64,000 nucleotides of DNA from Candidatus Niyogibacteria bacterium (GTDB lineage Bacteria > Patescibacteriota > Minisyncoccia > HO2-45-28), in NCBI GenBank assembly GCA_016181935.1, contig JACOYI010000003.1, forward strand, positions 35,741 through 99,740, written 5' to 3'. The translations under genes and the position numbers were made by a program. The notes under the pieces are model-generated. The model was given only the letters and a program-made list of their open reading frames with translations. It made no database searches and was not told the origin of the DNA. Below are positions 63,999 to 64,000 of this stretch, piece by piece. How positions within the stretch are numbered: the first letter of the stretch is position 1; each line of letters begins with the position of its first letter.

Positions 63999-64000
63999 AT

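Overview
This 64 kb window is bacterial DNA with a compact gene layout, fairly GC-rich and with weak ribosome-binding sites; it may come from a CPR/Patescibacteria-like genome. The backbone carries housekeeping genes: leuS (5' partial), a CDP-alcohol phosphatidyltransferase, glmS, glyA, folD, a PyrE-like PRTase, dcd, parB, relA/spoT, topA, dprA, an amino-acid dehydrogenase, ftsH, a prkA-yhbH-spoVR stress module, a GT2 glycosyltransferase, recG, an SPFH protein, comF, ligA and gatC. A complete type IV pilus locus follows comF: pilM, N, O, B, a CheY-like regulator, pilT, pilC, the major pilin, pilD and four minor pilins. Five tRNAs were found by hand-folding: Leu-CAA, Ile-UAU, Arg-GCG, Ser-UGA and Ser-GCU. 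Each is accompanied by a nearby degenerate partial copy of its own sequence (for Leu-CAA no copy was looked for). The most striking region is a roughly 10 kb AT-richer island at about 35.3 to 45.5 kb, next to a tRNA-Ser cluster. It encodes a large serine recombinase, a phage-type replication-organizer-like protein, and a MutH/MvaI/BcnI-like restriction endonuclease. The endonuclease is convergent with a methyltransferase whose N-terminus is a full-length LexA (wHTH plus S24 autopeptidase). A three-gene candidate defence module (zinc ribbon-DUF4145, a hypothetical, a zinc ribbon) sits beside it. A 38-nt inverted repeat together with inverted tRNA-Ser 3'-end copies marks both island edges. Other notable signals are a (CTACAAG)x4 heptanucleotide repeat inside the major pilin leader, consistent with a phase-variation switch. 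Two minor pilin genes share an ~85-nt module with a 20-bp inverted repeat. A ~135-nt three-helix structured element occurs twice with compensatory changes in all three helices. A REP-like palindrome family sits at gene 3' ends. Also present are a LAGLIDADG homing endonuclease just 3' of tRNA-Leu, a gene with foreign codon usage (16.9 to 18.5 kb), and a gene with a perfect 26-bp operator palindrome over its promoter. No CRISPR arrays or rRNA genes were found. All coordinates, motifs and folds come from reading the sequence by eye.
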